Origin: a virus
Lineage: Duplodnaviria > Caudoviricetes
IMG/VR virus record: IMGVR_UViG_3300014204_013734
Span: 256,001-320,000 of that record
Length of the DNA stretch: 64,000 nt
Direction: 5' to 3' (one strand)
A program made the position numbers and the translations under genes. Positions within the stretch are counted from its first letter, which is position 1, and each line of letters opens with the position of its first letter. Below are positions 21,323-31,522 of this stretch, piece after piece. The notes beneath the pieces are model-generated. The model had not been told where the DNA came from, did not search any database, and saw only the letters and a list, made by a program, of their open reading frames with translations.

Positions 21323-24300
21323 ATGGCTAACTTCGGAACGGATGTATCGCGGACACTTGATGCTGTTTTTCGTCAGTTCAATCAGATTGTATGGCGAAAC
21401 GGAAAGCCCCCCATTGATTCAGAAATGAACCTTACGGGTCAGGTAGATTGGGAAAATCTCCGCGAAGAGATCAAATCTTTGATGCCTTCGGGATTCATTT
21501 CCGATCCAACCAGGCCCATGGACGATTTCCAGTTCAATGAAAACTGGTCCAACATGTTCGTTCTGGGTAATCCGGCCATTCGTATTGTCGGGGGCCAACT
21601 GGTTTACATTGAAAAGAACCCGGTAGTTTGGGCCAACGTCAATGGTTGGCTTGTTCCAGTTGCCGGAACTGATCTGGATCCCCTGACTTGGGGCGGAGGA
21701 GAGCCTGCCAACATCATCAGGTTGAACCCGCCTCCCGGCACGGATGCTCGGGTTGATTTCGTGTTCCTGGAAGTCTGGCAGGCGAGGGTTGACGCTAACC
21801 CTGCTACTGCAAACAAACCGTCCAAGGACAAGATTTGGAAGTACGGCAATACCAAATTCGGCCTGACCAATCTTCCGGATGACCTGGAAGATCCAACCAT
21901 AGGTTACGACACGACAGCCCGAATTCAAATCCAATACCGGATTCGCGTTTACGGCAGCGGTGTCGGGCAAGGTTCCGGGGCTGATCTGGTGAACTATCCT
22001 GACGGTCTCGGAAATCCTCTTATTGTCGGACAAGGGGCTGCTACGGCTCCTGTCCAGGGCTACGCGTTCATCAACATGCGGGAAGAACTGGGAGACACCT
22101 CTTTGTGGCGTGCGGGTGACGGTTCCTCGGGAGCTATGCAGAGCCTTGGTACGATTGACGGCTATTCTTGGGCCATTCCGATTTGTGCCGTGTTCCGGCG
22201 GGATTCGGCGTCTTATGTTGCCGTGTCGGAATCAGGTTCCCCCAACCATTCGGGGGGTTTCTGTCGGACCCCTGGAACCGTACGTCTTCCTGATCCGTTG
22301 ACGGGCGCCAGGGTTCTGACGATTCCAACCCTGAAGGATGGGTTTGATGCACAGGACGGATTTGATCCAGGGTCTGCCTATCCCGCAGGTCCCGTTCAAG
22401 TCGGTTTCCCTTACGGTCGTCCCGTTGCGTTTTCCTTCTATGTCGACAACCTGCGGGGTTCCGGTATTGACGACACGTCCCACAATTGGGACGGAGCTTT
22501 TCTCGTGATTGACGGGGAAATCCTTTCGGTTTCCGCCGTGGATGTCACCAACCAGAAAATTACTGTTCCGGCTGGCGGGCGTGCCCGGTTCGGAACCGAT
22601 GTTTCCGCCCACGCAGCGGGGGCGGTGATCAGTTTCTTCAACACACGTCCTGATGGTCTGTATTCCGATCAGATTGCTTCTTCCGACATCCTTGACCTTA
22701 GACGGTTTGTCAATGCTCAGGATTGGGACTTTGGCCGCATCCTGGAACACAACGTCGGATCCCTGCTGGCAGGTAAGTTGCATACAGCTTGGAAGAAGGG
22801 CGGGGCCAGCGTGTCCCAAGGTGTTTCGGTTCACGAAGTCGACCAGCTTTGGGCGGGGGGTGCAACGCATCCGGTCCAGACCGAACCCGTGGACGGTCCC
22901 GATGGTGTCAGGACTATTTGGTCGGATGCTGCTGCAATCCAGCCTGACATTACTTCTCTCCTGGACAATGAAGCCCCGACCGTAACACCCGGACCGATCA
23001 CCATTGATACCTTTGACGCTACCGTTCAGTGGGATGTGTCCCCTGGATTCAATCCACGTGGATTCCTCAACACTGCCGGTCTGGCGACGGCGACTTCATT
23101 TTCCAACGGTTCTGTTCTGCTCTTCCACATCGGTGGGGCGGACGGCACGGAAGGTGCCAGAGGGACGTTCAGGGACGGTTCCACCAGAGCCGTCAGGTTC
23201 CTGATGCCTAAGGAAGCCTGGAAATCCGGTTATCCGGTCGTGGATGCCCGTAATGGAAACCAACACCCGATCAGTATCCGGTTTAATGGGGAGCGGGCGT
23301 TTGAACATGTTCCTGAGGGTCTCGGAACGGCACGGACGGCAAGACATGTAGGACCCATGTACCCCTGGAAGGATCTGTCCTTTGAGTATCCTTTCATTGC
23401 TCTTGGAGGTATCTTGACCCCTGGCCCGATTGGGTCTTTGGGGGCGCCGATGCGCTATTCCAGACCCGTCACCAACTTCCAGGCGCATACGGCAACTTCT
23501 GATCCTGCCATCTTCAACAAACTTGTTGAATTCAATGTTGGCATTGATTTCGACACCGTTGGTCAGTGGTACAGCCTTGACGATTCGGGGGATATGGCCA
23601 ATGATCCGTCCGCCGTTGCAGAACCGGTGCTGCGTAGTTTACGGACGCTTTACGGTTTGCTGACCGACAATGGCCGTGACCGTACGGGTCTTTCTTCGGA
23701 ACTTTACGTGGTGCTTTACGGAGACACGGTTTTCCGTCATAACAACGGCGCCTTCCAGGTTGTCGGGGCGGGAACAGCCGGGTACACGATCAATTCCGGG
23801 GCGGCGTCGGGCAATCTTGTCCTAAGACCTTTGTCGGCCGATTTTGATACGTTTAATGCGGCGACGGGTGCAACCGTTGCCATTGAATTCCGTACCCCGG
23901 AACACAATTCTGAAGACAGGTCGGACGCCGGGGCTGATTTTGCCGACCTTGCCATTGTCTTTACCGACATTGGCGGGCAGTTGGCCATGGATACGCCTAC
24001 CCCTTGGAATCCTCCCGTTGTCGTTTCGGGGATGCAGATTGTTTCTCCCGATCACCCGTGGCTGCGGGACAAGTTAGGGGCAGGGACCAATTATGACTTG
24101 TCCATTCAGGACACGGTTGGAGACGGCACCGGCACCGCCTTTGTGGACAACAAGGCAATTGTCAGCTTGTCTCTTCTTTACCATCCTGGCCGAGGCGCCG
24201 AAACCCGTATTCCCGACAACTTCTGCCGGTTTGCCTTGAAGGGGAGTAACACATCTCCCGGGGCGTATCTCCGTCAGAATCCAGCGTCCATTGACACGAC

Positions 24301-27300
24301 GTTTGCCGCCACTTCCGGCATGCCTTCCAATGAAACCTTCTGGGATGCGGTGCATGTCCAGCTTTGGAATCGGCTTTCTTCCTTGGGTTGGAACGCCGGT
24401 GGGGATCCTTCGGGCGGTACCGGAACCAGTCAGCCGAACTGGGGCGGCAATTTGGTCGGTTGGACTGAAATCGACCGGGAAAGCGAACTGTTCTTCGACC
24501 GCGGTTCCAAGACCGTCGTGTTCCGTCCCTTTAGGGATCGGGAAATGACCTTGAAGACCATGCCGCTGATGACAAACACCGTTCCGAGACCTTGGCCCCC
24601 CGTTTATATCGCGTCTGCATTCGCTGCAAACCATTGTTTGATGGGTCCATACACGTATCCGACGGCGACCGCCGGAACAGCTAAGGATTCCTTGGAACTT
24701 TACACCTTCATGGCAGGCGGGGGTTCCACGGCAGCGACCAACGGTAAGGTAACTGCCTACGTTGTCCCGACGGAATACATGCCCCGATTCGGACGGCAGG
24801 ATATCCCGTTCTACGTCGACCTTAGTCAAGGTGCAGGGCCTTTTCTGCCCGGCATCAACCATCTGTTCCTCGATACAACCAACGTGAACGCCGATGTTTT
24901 CAACATCATCGGCGGGGAAACTTCCAACAGTGAAATCAAGACCCTGTTGGTTGTAGCTTCGTCCGGAACCAGTACGCATGGGCCGGCCAACTACGGGAAA
25001 GATTCCACCATCACGAAAGAAGAAAACGAACTTCCCTGTTATGTTGGACGCAAAACGACTGACATTGACCCTGCCCGGACTTACGCACCAGAAGTCATTG
25101 CCAACTTGGCAGCCGTCAATTCTTCGGATTTCGGCAAGGGTTTGAAAGGTATTCAGCTTCCGCCGTACCTTGGCCCCGCCCGTATCCTGGGCGTGTTTGA
25201 CCGGTCCGACTTCACAACCCGCGCCGGACGCACATTTGAAGCGAACCGTTGGCAGATGGTAGACGATTGTTGCCCGAACCTTCTCCGGGTTGATGGGGAC
25301 AAGCAGACGCTGTACATCCTTCAGGACGGCGCAAAGGACCTTACTCAGGAATCGGATGATCACACCTACATCATCCCGGAATCCGCCATTGACATCAGCA
25401 AGGCCCTTAGTTGGACTGGCACGGGTGACACCTTTGAAGCGCACAACTATGTTGTCGAACTGGAAGCCTTCGGTTTCGCCAAAGGCTTCATTAACCAGAA
25501 CAACTTCGTTTTGATCCGCCATTACAACGGGCATGGTGGGGAAAATTTCGACGGTCAGTCGGTTGAACTTCCCAACATTCACATGATCCTTCCTGCTCCC
25601 GCCAAGGCAAATGACGCCTTTTACGTGGCGGCAAATCGGACACCTTATCAAGGCGATCCTTACTTCACGCGGCAGGACGGAACGCATACGGCGGTTTGGT
25701 CGGATTGGGCCGCCCGTTATGGTCAGATCACGACCCATGACGAAAGCGTCTTGATGACGCCGATCCAGCAATACGATCCATATGGGGTATTCGTGCCGGA
25801 AATCACGAACCCCCGAGTTTTTGAAGTCCTTGCTTCCATGGATTTCTATACTACGATGGGGACCGGCAAGATTGGCGGTGCCCTGTCACCAGGGACGCCT
25901 TTGGACGTTGGATTCAGGGGTTTGGACGAGGGGGTTCAGCCCCCGTGGCCTTGGAAGTATCCGAAGTCGGATCCTTGGCCTGAATGCCGTTTTGTACCAA
26001 GGGCTTTCACGGAAGGACAGAAGGACAACCCGTCCAGGGCTGGCATGGAAGTGTTTGCCAGGGATAACACCCGGTGGAACCCTGACGACAAGACCTTCAT
26101 TCGTATCCGGTTCGGATTGTTGGACGACACTTGGGTCAACCTTTACGGGTCTACCGATGCGAATCGGGCTGATCTTTTCACTTGGTTGACCGACCCAACT
26201 GGTGGGGGCCTCACGGCTACCGAAGCTGCACAAGCAATATTCCGGGTTGACAGCACTTCGGCCACGGTCTTCTATGATCGGGGCAGCACCCATTCAACCG
26301 TCAGTGTCCCGTATGGCGGGACTGTTGATATGACGGTCAGTGTTCCGGGCGCCGTGGTTGGGGATGCTGCGATCATCAATAACCGCATTGTTCCGTCTAA
26401 TCCCTCTGTGTTTTGTACCGGTTGGGTTTCGGCTGCGGATACAGTCACCGTCCGGTGGATTCATGTTCTGGATTCTCCGTTCACGTGGCCTTTGGCTTCC
26501 GGGAACAACAATCTGTTGCGGGACTTGGCTATCGCAGATACACATGTGTTGGCCAACAATTCCGCCGCCGTAACCCCGACCTTGACTTTCACTGGGGCGG
26601 CTACCGGGGATACCGTGTTGATTGAAGACCTGACGGGAACGAACCACAACATCATCTTCACGGGTCGTGTTACGGCTGCGGATACGGTGACTGTGTGGGC
26701 ACACAACATTTCAACCGGAGCTTTGGATACGGGCACCCGTACCCTTCGTATCGGTGTGTTCCGTAACCAGACGTTCACCGCTGTTACCGTCAATGATCCT
26801 GATATCAAGGTAGCTCATCGGACCGGCAGCATGACGCACACTATTGCGAATCTGGTAACCAAGATCAACAACCATGCTGACCTTTACAAGTCAGTCAAGG
26901 CATTTACCCCTGGTGACGACAGTTTTTCCGTTGTGTCGGTTCCTGTCGGTTCGGAAGGGGATGGCATCCAGTTGGCAGTAGACATGTTCTACTTGACTGG
27001 GGCTACCGCACCAGACCAGTCAGCCCAACAGTTGGTTTATATGCGGTCAGCTATTCCGTCCAACGACCATCCGATGCCATTTGTTTCAACGGCCCGGTCA
27101 GAGTTGGTTGGTGGAATCGACGTGATGGTGAATGCTGGTAACGGCACTAGCCAAATTGGTTTGACCGGCATGACGGAACGGCTGCCTCTTGGGGCGATCC
27201 TTCAGGACTTTGAGTTCTTGTGCGAAAATCCCTTGGGGGATGACGCGTCGGCGGTCAAGACAGGTCCGGCGGGTCCAAGGCCCGTACAGACAGTTATGCC

Positions 27301-27859
27301 GATGGCGGCCGCCGGTGAAGAATTTGACAGGTTCACTGGAGAACCGGGATTGACCGTTGCCTTGTCGGACGGGTACACCTGCATTACGGACTTCACGCCT
27401 TACAATGCAGATACGGCCCCTGACGGTATTCGCCAGTTCCGTATTTTCCGAGGCGGCGGGGCGACCTACATGGTTGGAGGTCCGAACCCCGGCGGTCCTT
27501 TGGATTGGGTTGCGGACACCTTCCCGGCAGCGAGTCACCCGGTCCTGAAGGGTTCCGTCTTGGCTTGCCGAGCAATGCTTGTCCGAAACTTCCCTGAACA
27601 GGTAGAAGAAGGGGACAACATTCGTACGGTGTCTGAAGGCGATGAAATTCAGATGGTTATCCTGACTTACGGTATCCGCGGGTCCGCTGTTTCGTACCAG
27701 GGATTTTCCTTGGATGGAATCATAGGTCCTTCCGGGTATGGTGAAGCATGGGCGGCCGCTGATCGTTACCGAGTGGATGGCCATCCGATGTTCCGCGGTT
27801 TCGGCCGTCAAGCACCTGATCCTTGGGTGCAGTTGGCGGTGTATCCTGACAACAACTGA
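21323..27859 (+). CDS. Giant virion/baseplate-tail protein, paralog of 6250..9885
   Basis: WRNGKPPIDSEMN, RVDFVFLEVW, DTTARIQIQYRIR, LGTIDGYSWAIP and RPDGLYSD motifs. Duplicated C-terminal GA..GD..SAADTVTV / TAADTVTV domain. Confidence 0.65.
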   Translation: MANFGTDVSRTLDAVFRQFNQIVWRNGKPPIDSEMNLTGQVDWENLREEIKSLMPSGFISDPTRPMDDFQFNENWSNMFVLGNPAIRIVGGQLVYIEKNPVVWANVNGWLVPVAGTDLDPLTWGGGEPANIIRLNPPPGTDARVDFVFLEVWQARVDANPATANKPSKDKIWKYGNTKFGLTNLPDDLEDPTIGYDTTARIQIQYRIRVYGSGVGQGSGADLVNYPDGLGNPLIVGQGAATAPVQGYAFINMREELGDTSLWRAGDGSSGAMQSLGTIDGYSWAIPICAVFRRDSASYVAVSESGSPNHSGGFCRTPGTVRLPDPLTGARVLTIPTLKDGFDAQDGFDPGSAYPAGPVQVGFPYGRPVAFSFYVDNLRGSGIDDTSHNWDGAFLVIDGEILSVSAVDVTNQKITVPAGGRARFGTDVSAHAAGAVISFFNTRPDGLYSDQIASSDILDLRRFVNAQDWDFGRILEHNVGSLLAGKLHTAWKKGGASVSQGVSVHEVDQLWAGGATHPVQTEPVDGPDGVRTIWSDAAAIQPDITSLLDNEAPTVTPGPITIDTFDATVQWDVSPGFNPRGFLNTAGLATATSFSNGSVLLFHIGGADGTEGARGTFRDGSTRAVRFLMPKEAWKSGYPVVDARNGNQHPISIRFNGERAFEHVPEGLGTARTARHVGPMYPWKDLSFEYPFIALGGILTPGPIGSLGAPMRYSRPVTNFQAHTATSDPAIFNKLVEFNVGIDFDTVGQWYSLDDSGDMANDPSAVAEPVLRSLRTLYGLLTDNGRDRTGLSSELYVVLYGDTVFRHNNGAFQVVGAGTAGYTINSGAASGNLVLRPLSADFDTFNAATGATVAIEFRTPEHNSEDRSDAGADFADLAIVFTDIGGQLAMDTPTPWNPPVVVSGMQIVSPDHPWLRDKLGAGTNYDLSIQDTVGDGTGTAFVDNKAIVSLSLLYHPGRGAETRIPDNFCRFALKGSNTSPGAYLRQNPASIDTTFAATSGMPSNETFWDAVHVQLWNRLSSLGWNAGGDPSGGTGTSQPNWGGNLVGWTEIDRESELFFDRGSKTVVFRPFRDREMTLKTMPLMTNTVPRPWPPVYIASAFAANHCLMGPYTYPTATAGTAKDSLELYTFMAGGGSTAATNGKVTAYVVPTEYMPRFGRQDIPFYVDLSQGAGPFLPGINHLFLDTTNVNADVFNIIGGETSNSEIKTLLVVASSGTSTHGPANYGKDSTITKEENELPCYVGRKTTDIDPARTYAPEVIANLAAVNSSDFGKGLKGIQLPPYLGPARILGVFDRSDFTTRAGRTFEANRWQMVDDCCPNLLRVDGDKQTLYILQDGAKDLTQESDDHTYIIPESAIDISKALSWTGTGDTFEAHNYVVELEAFGFAKGFINQNNFVLIRHYNGHGGENFDGQSVELPNIHMILPAPAKANDAFYVAANRTPYQGDPYFTRQDGTHTAVWSDWAARYGQITTHDESVLMTPIQQYDPYGVFVPEITNPRVFEVLASMDFYTTMGTGKIGGALSPGTPLDVGFRGLDEGVQPPWPWKYPKSDPWPECRFVPRAFTEGQKDNPSRAGMEVFARDNTRWNPDDKTFIRIRFGLLDDTWVNLYGSTDANRADLFTWLTDPTGGGLTATEAAQAIFRVDSTSATVFYDRGSTHSTVSVPYGGTVDMTVSVPGAVVGDAAIINNRIVPSNPSVFCTGWVSAADTVTVRWIHVLDSPFTWPLASGNNNLLRDLAIADTHVLANNSAAVTPTLTFTGAATGDTVLIEDLTGTNHNIIFTGRVTAADTVTVWAHNISTGALDTGTRTLRIGVFRNQTFTAVTVNDPDIKVAHRTGSMTHTIANLVTKINNHADLYKSVKAFTPGDDSFSVVSVPVGSEGDGIQLAVDMFYLTGATAPDQSAQQLVYMRSAIPSNDHPMPFVSTARSELVGGIDVMVNAGNGTSQIGLTGMTERLPLGAILQDFEFLCENPLGDDASAVKTGPAGPRPVQTVMPMAAAGEEFDRFTGEPGLTVALSDGYTCITDFTPYNADTAPDGIRQFRIFRGGGATYMVGGPNPGGPLDWVADTFPAASHPVLKGSVLACRAMLVRNFPEQVEEGDNIRTVSEGDEIQMVILTYGIRGSAVSYQGFSLDGIIGPSGYGEAWAAADRYRVDGHPMFRGFGRQAPDPWVQLAVYPDNN

Positions 27860-27874
27860 TTGGAGGATGAACAG

Positions 27875-28282
27875 ATGAAGCTATTTTCGGCAATCGTTCT
27901 TGTGGTCGTGATGCTTCTTACCGGATGTGCTACGGTGGATTACTTCACGAACCCTGGTAACCAGAAGGTCCTGACGGAAATGGGCCTGACGTGCTTCCAA
28001 AGCGGTGATGTGAAAGCCGGGGCTGCCTACATCATCAAGAAGGCAGGGACTTCCGTTGAACCGACCACGACCGGTGAATTCCTGATCGGATGTGATGGCA
28101 AGTGGTTTACCGTGGTTTGCGATTTCACCAAGAAACCGTCGGAAAATCCTTGCACGGGGCTCAAGGAATACGACCTGAAGACGGTTTCCACGACGGGATT
28201 CACGTATGTTCCGGTCACTGCTCCAGTTCCGTTAAACCCGACGCCCGTTCTTGCTCCGATGCCGCAAGCTGGAGGTAAGTGA
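27875..28282 (+). CDS. Putative lipoprotein
   Basis: Signal peptide with lipobox LLTGC and a Pro-rich tail. Confidence 0.6.
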   Translation: MKLFSAIVLVVVMLLTGCATVDYFTNPGNQKVLTEMGLTCFQSGDVKAGAAYIIKKAGTSVEPTTTGEFLIGCDGKWFTVVCDFTKKPSENPCTGLKEYDLKTVSTTGFTYVPVTAPVPLNPTPVLAPMPQAGGK

Positions 28283-28602
28283 ACATGGTCAATGGGTTGA
28301 AGAAGATGATTTCCGTTGAGGAAGTGCTGGCATTTCTCAATGAGGCACTTTTGTTGGATCAGGATGCCGTTTCAAATCTGGTTGAAACACGTTTCCCGTG
28401 CAACGCTGCTATGGCGAATCACCCAACCATTCAGGTGTCGGGGGAACCAGACGGGAAAAGTCCAAAGGTGGGATTCTTAGGCGTCCTGAATGGGATGTTT
28501 GGGGCAGACGAAGGCGGTTATGGCCCCTTTACAATGGATGTCACTGATGACGGAACAGTTCTGAGGTTCTACAAGACGCCGAGTCCGTTAGAACGCCAAT
28601 AG
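28279..28602 (+). CDS. Hypothetical phage protein
   Basis: Translationally coupled ORF with RBS GGAGG. Confidence 0.6.
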   Translation: MNMVNGLKKMISVEEVLAFLNEALLLDQDAVSNLVETRFPCNAAMANHPTIQVSGEPDGKSPKVGFLGVLNGMFGADEGGYGPFTMDVTDDGTVLRFYKTPSPLERQ

Positions 28603-28613
28603 GGAGACGTGTA

Positions 28614-28838
28614 ATGCCGTTTTTGAAGCGACAGGACATTGACTTGGCCCTTCGGGCGAAGCACGACAAGGAATGGAAGACGAAGCTTAAGCAAGCATTG
28701 ATCAATCCGGCCTTGACCGCCGAGGAACGACGGCATATCCAGGAGCAACTGGACATGGTCGGGAAACCCAAGGTGTACAGGGCGGACACCCCGCCTAAAC
28801 TTGGGGCTATTTCTTTTACTGAGGAGAAAGAGGAATGA
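28614..28838 (+). CDS. Hypothetical protein
   Basis: RBS GGGAG, and ATGA coupling to the next gene. Confidence 0.55.
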   Translation: MPFLKRQDIDLALRAKHDKEWKTKLKQALINPALTAEERRHIQEQLDMVGKPKVYRADTPPKLGAISFTEEKEE

Positions 28839-29254
28839 AGAAGCTGGCTATGACGGTCCTGGTGGCACTGGTCTTGTTCACATCCGCTTTGGTGGTGAAT
28901 GCGGAACAGACGGCGCCAGTTCCTGCAACGGTGGCTGCCCCCGCTGCAACAACCAATGCCCCTGCGACTGATGTCGCCCCGGCAGCGGTTCCTGCTGCGG
29001 ATACTCCGGCAACCCAGGATGCTGCGGTTGCTACCCCGGCAGTTCCGGCTACCGATGCTGTGACGGCACCGGCACCTGCCGCAACGGCGGACGCTACCCC
29101 TATTAAGGTTCCTGACAATGTTGAACAGGTTGTGAAGGTTGCGGAAGCGGAAGGTGCGGGTTACGGTACTTATGGCACCATCATTGTGTTGCTTCTGGCC
29201 CTTAGCACGATTCTGTACCGGACGTTTGGCAAGAAAAAGACCCCGAAAGTGTGA
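28835..29254 (+). CDS. Secreted Ala/Pro/Thr-rich membrane-anchored protein
   Basis: Signal peptide, low-complexity APT linker, C-terminal TM helix and basic tail. Confidence 0.65.
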   Translation: MKKLAMTVLVALVLFTSALVVNAEQTAPVPATVAAPAATTNAPATDVAPAAVPAADTPATQDAAVATPAVPATDAVTAPAPAATADATPIKVPDNVEQVVKVAEAEGAGYGTYGTIIVLLLALSTILYRTFGKKKTPKV

Positions 29255-29272
29255 TTGATCCCGCTTTGACAG

Positions 29273-29308
29273 AAGGCCCCTGCCAGTTTCCCGGCAGGGG
29301 CCTTTTTT
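29273..29308 (+). terminator. Intrinsic terminator between convergent genes
   Basis: AAGGCCCCTGCC-agtttccc-GGCAGGGGCCTT followed by a T run. Confidence 0.85.
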
Positions 29309-29314
29309 CGTCGT

Positions 29315-29899
29315 TTATTCGTTCCTTTCCGTGATGACCACGCTTGGGCTGGCATCTTCCGCCTTCACGACACGGTTCTTTTCGTAGTCCACCTTGACGG
29401 GGTAGGGGTAAGCCGTAACCTTCCCCTCTACGTACACTGGCACAATCTTGGCCATCCCCTGATCAAGGACGACACACATGACCCACGTTGCCGAAGTCGT
29501 CTTGGACGAATACAGGCCATTTGGTTCAGGCTGCTCAACAATCCCATTTGCGTAACCTCCCGCAATGTACTGCTGGGCAATCTTGAGGGGGTTGGAAAGC
29601 TGGACATCATACGGGATGGGAAATCCAATGGACGGGCAGTCCCCTTCAATGACGCTCATGTCACCTCGCCACACGGAATGGGTAGCCACGGCTCGGTTGC
29701 GGGCTTGATAAATTTGAACGTACACCTGCCGTTCCCGGCTGTAATCAAAGAACGGAATAGGTTGCGTTTTGGCATACTGTTGCTGTTGTTTGTCCACATT
29801 CTCTGCGTCCAGCATTTCCTGCTTGGATGTTCTGTTATCCCAACAACCAGACAACAACAGAACGAACAGGATTCCAAGAATTGTCGGTACGGTTTTCAT
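29315..29899 (-). CDS. Phage lipoprotein
   Basis: Lipobox LLSGC. QPIPFFDYSRERQ..PEPNGLY motifs. Confidence 0.65.
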   Translation of the reverse strand: MKTVPTILGILFVLLLSGCWDNRTSKQEMLDAENVDKQQQQYAKTQPIPFFDYSRERQVYVQIYQARNRAVATHSVWRGDMSVIEGDCPSIGFPIPYDVQLSNPLKIAQQYIAGGYANGIVEQPEPNGLYSSKTTSATWVMCVVLDQGMAKIVPVYVEGKVTAYPYPVKVDYEKNRVVKAEDASPSVVITERNE

Positions 29900-29912
29900 A
29901 GGTTTCTTCCTT

Positions 29913-30275
29913 TCATCGTCCACAGACGAAACGTACGGGTTCGGGAACGGCATCGCTGGTAGTGGCAATTTGTGCCATGTTGCACATCTGGATCTTGATG
30001 GCCTGCCTTTGCAGGGTCAGGCTGTTAATCAGATTCGGATCGGTTGAACCTGCGATCCTAGATCCGAGTCCGGTCCAGTCCGAATACAAGGTGAGCATTT
30101 CCTGTGCCTTGCCTTCCGTGTACTGGAAGGAAGTCTTGGTGATGATTCGGTCCCCCCACAGGAATGCCGGTTTCGTGACCAGCAACACTGCGGACAGGAT
30201 GACGATAACCAGGATGGCCAGAAAGCCCAACCAGATGGCTTTTCCGGTGTACCACAGATCGTTTCCAATTGACAT
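29913..30275 (-). CDS. Membrane protein
   Basis: N-terminal TM helix. Probably co-transcribed with the lipoprotein. Confidence 0.6.
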   Translation of the reverse strand: MSIGNDLWYTGKAIWLGFLAILVIVILSAVLLVTKPAFLWGDRIITKTSFQYTEGKAQEMLTLYSDWTGLGSRIAGSTDPNLINSLTLQRQAIKIQMCNMAQIATTSDAVPEPVRFVCGR

Positions 30276-30318
30276 GTTTCTTTCCCTTTCTTTGGGTTGG
30301 TGCGTAATGGGGTGCCGG

Positions 30319-31413
30319 TTATTCTTCCGACATCCCCGAATCAAAGTTTTTCAGGCGTTCAGTGACCATCTCCGGTGTTATCATAACGGTCTTTGTTTCC
30401 ATTTCGGGGGCGTCAAACATCGTGTCTTGAAGCACCTCTTCCAGGAGGGCACGTAGACCCCTGGCGCCGACCTTTCGCTTGCCGGCAAATTCAGCTACTT
30501 CCAAGATTGCTTCTTGGGTGAAGTCAAGGGATACTCCTTGGATTTCCAGAATTTTCTTGTATTCCTTAACCAGGGAATCCGGCGGTTCTACGAGGATTCG
30601 GGCCAAGTCTTCGGGAGAAAGATGGTCCAGTTGGACCACTACAGGGAGACGGCCAAGGAGCTCGGCGATCATACCAGCTTCCACCAACTTGTCGTGGGTG
30701 ATCCGGCGAGCCGGTTTTCGGTTTTCCGTCACGTCAGCCCCGAATCCAAGACCCGACGCTGGGGTTTCTTCCCGGGCGTCCGTGAACGTACCAGCACATA
30801 TGAACAGGATGTTTGAGGTGTCTATTTCCACGAAGTCATGCTTGTTCCAGTGTTGTGTGACATTTACGGGCACAAAGATTTTCCGACCTTCAAGGAGCTT
30901 CAGGATGGATTGCTGAACCCCTTCCCCTCCGATGTCCCGGTTGCCTGCACCCGTGCGGGCGCCGCCCGTATTCAGTTCCAAGTACCACCGAAGGACCGCC
31001 GCGCGGTTCGGCAGGTCGTTTACATGAAACACAAACCCGATGTCCCAGGAAAGCTTCCCTTCCCATTCGGAAAGCTTCCGCCCGAAAGCGGGGATTTCGT
31101 TGTGGAGGAACCGAAGGACGGCAGTGATCCTCTGAAGTCCATCCACGAGGACGAATTCCCCTTCAAAGGACTTCATCCAACCAGTATGGTTGAACAGGAT
31201 GTCCTTGCCCGACTTCCCTCCTCGGAGGGCAAATTCAACATAGGCAACCTGTTGCGCCTCAGTCCAGACATGACCCCTTTGGAAATCAGGGTTCATCTGA
31301 AGGCCGTATGTTGAAATGTAGTCCTCAATATTGTGTTCTAAAGACCTCCAGTCAACATTGTGACTGTATGCCGCAGTCTGGGTGAACTGGGGGATTTCTG
31401 AAAATTTCTTCAT
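30319..31413 (-). CDS. Chimeric DUF262/ParB-like domain fused to the C-terminal half of a ClpX-like ATPase
   Basis: N-half has PDFQRGHVW and VDGLQRITA (DUF262). C-half has RDIGGEGVQQSILKLLEG, DTSNILFIC, ELLGRLP and GARGLR (ClpX), with no Walker A/B. Confidence 0.75.
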   Translation of the reverse strand: MKKFSEIPQFTQTAAYSHNVDWRSLEHNIEDYISTYGLQMNPDFQRGHVWTEAQQVAYVEFALRGGKSGKDILFNHTGWMKSFEGEFVLVDGLQRITAVLRFLHNEIPAFGRKLSEWEGKLSWDIGFVFHVNDLPNRAAVLRWYLELNTGGARTGAGNRDIGGEGVQQSILKLLEGRKIFVPVNVTQHWNKHDFVEIDTSNILFICAGTFTDAREETPASGLGFGADVTENRKPARRITHDKLVEAGMIAELLGRLPVVVQLDHLSPEDLARILVEPPDSLVKEYKKILEIQGVSLDFTQEAILEVAEFAGKRKVGARGLRALLEEVLQDTMFDAPEMETKTVMITPEMVTERLKNFDSGMSEE

Positions 31414-31430
31414 GGTGTTCCTTTCCTTCT

Positions 31431-31466
31431 TGTATAGACTACCGGAACGGAACTTTTTCCAAGCCG
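31431..31466 (-). promoter_or_regulatory. Bipartite promoter-like motif CGGCTTGGAA-N11-CCGGTAGTCTATACA
   Basis: The two boxes and their spacing are identical to the copy at 35341-35376. Lies directly upstream of the 31413 start. Confidence 0.6.
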
Positions 31467-31522
31467 TCAATGGAAAGGTTTTGGAAAAAACCTTTAGGGG
31501 GCTTAAAGGTTTGGAGGAATCC

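Noticed and set aside
24074-25771. Long minus-strand ORFs opposite structural genes (for example 565 aa here and 363 aa at 7561)
   Set aside because: They are antisense shadows of codon-biased plus-strand genes and carry no recognisable motifs.
27875-29254. Spanin/holin lysis cassette
   Set aside because: A lipoprotein and a TM protein are present, but there is no adjacent endolysin or coiled-coil i-spanin.
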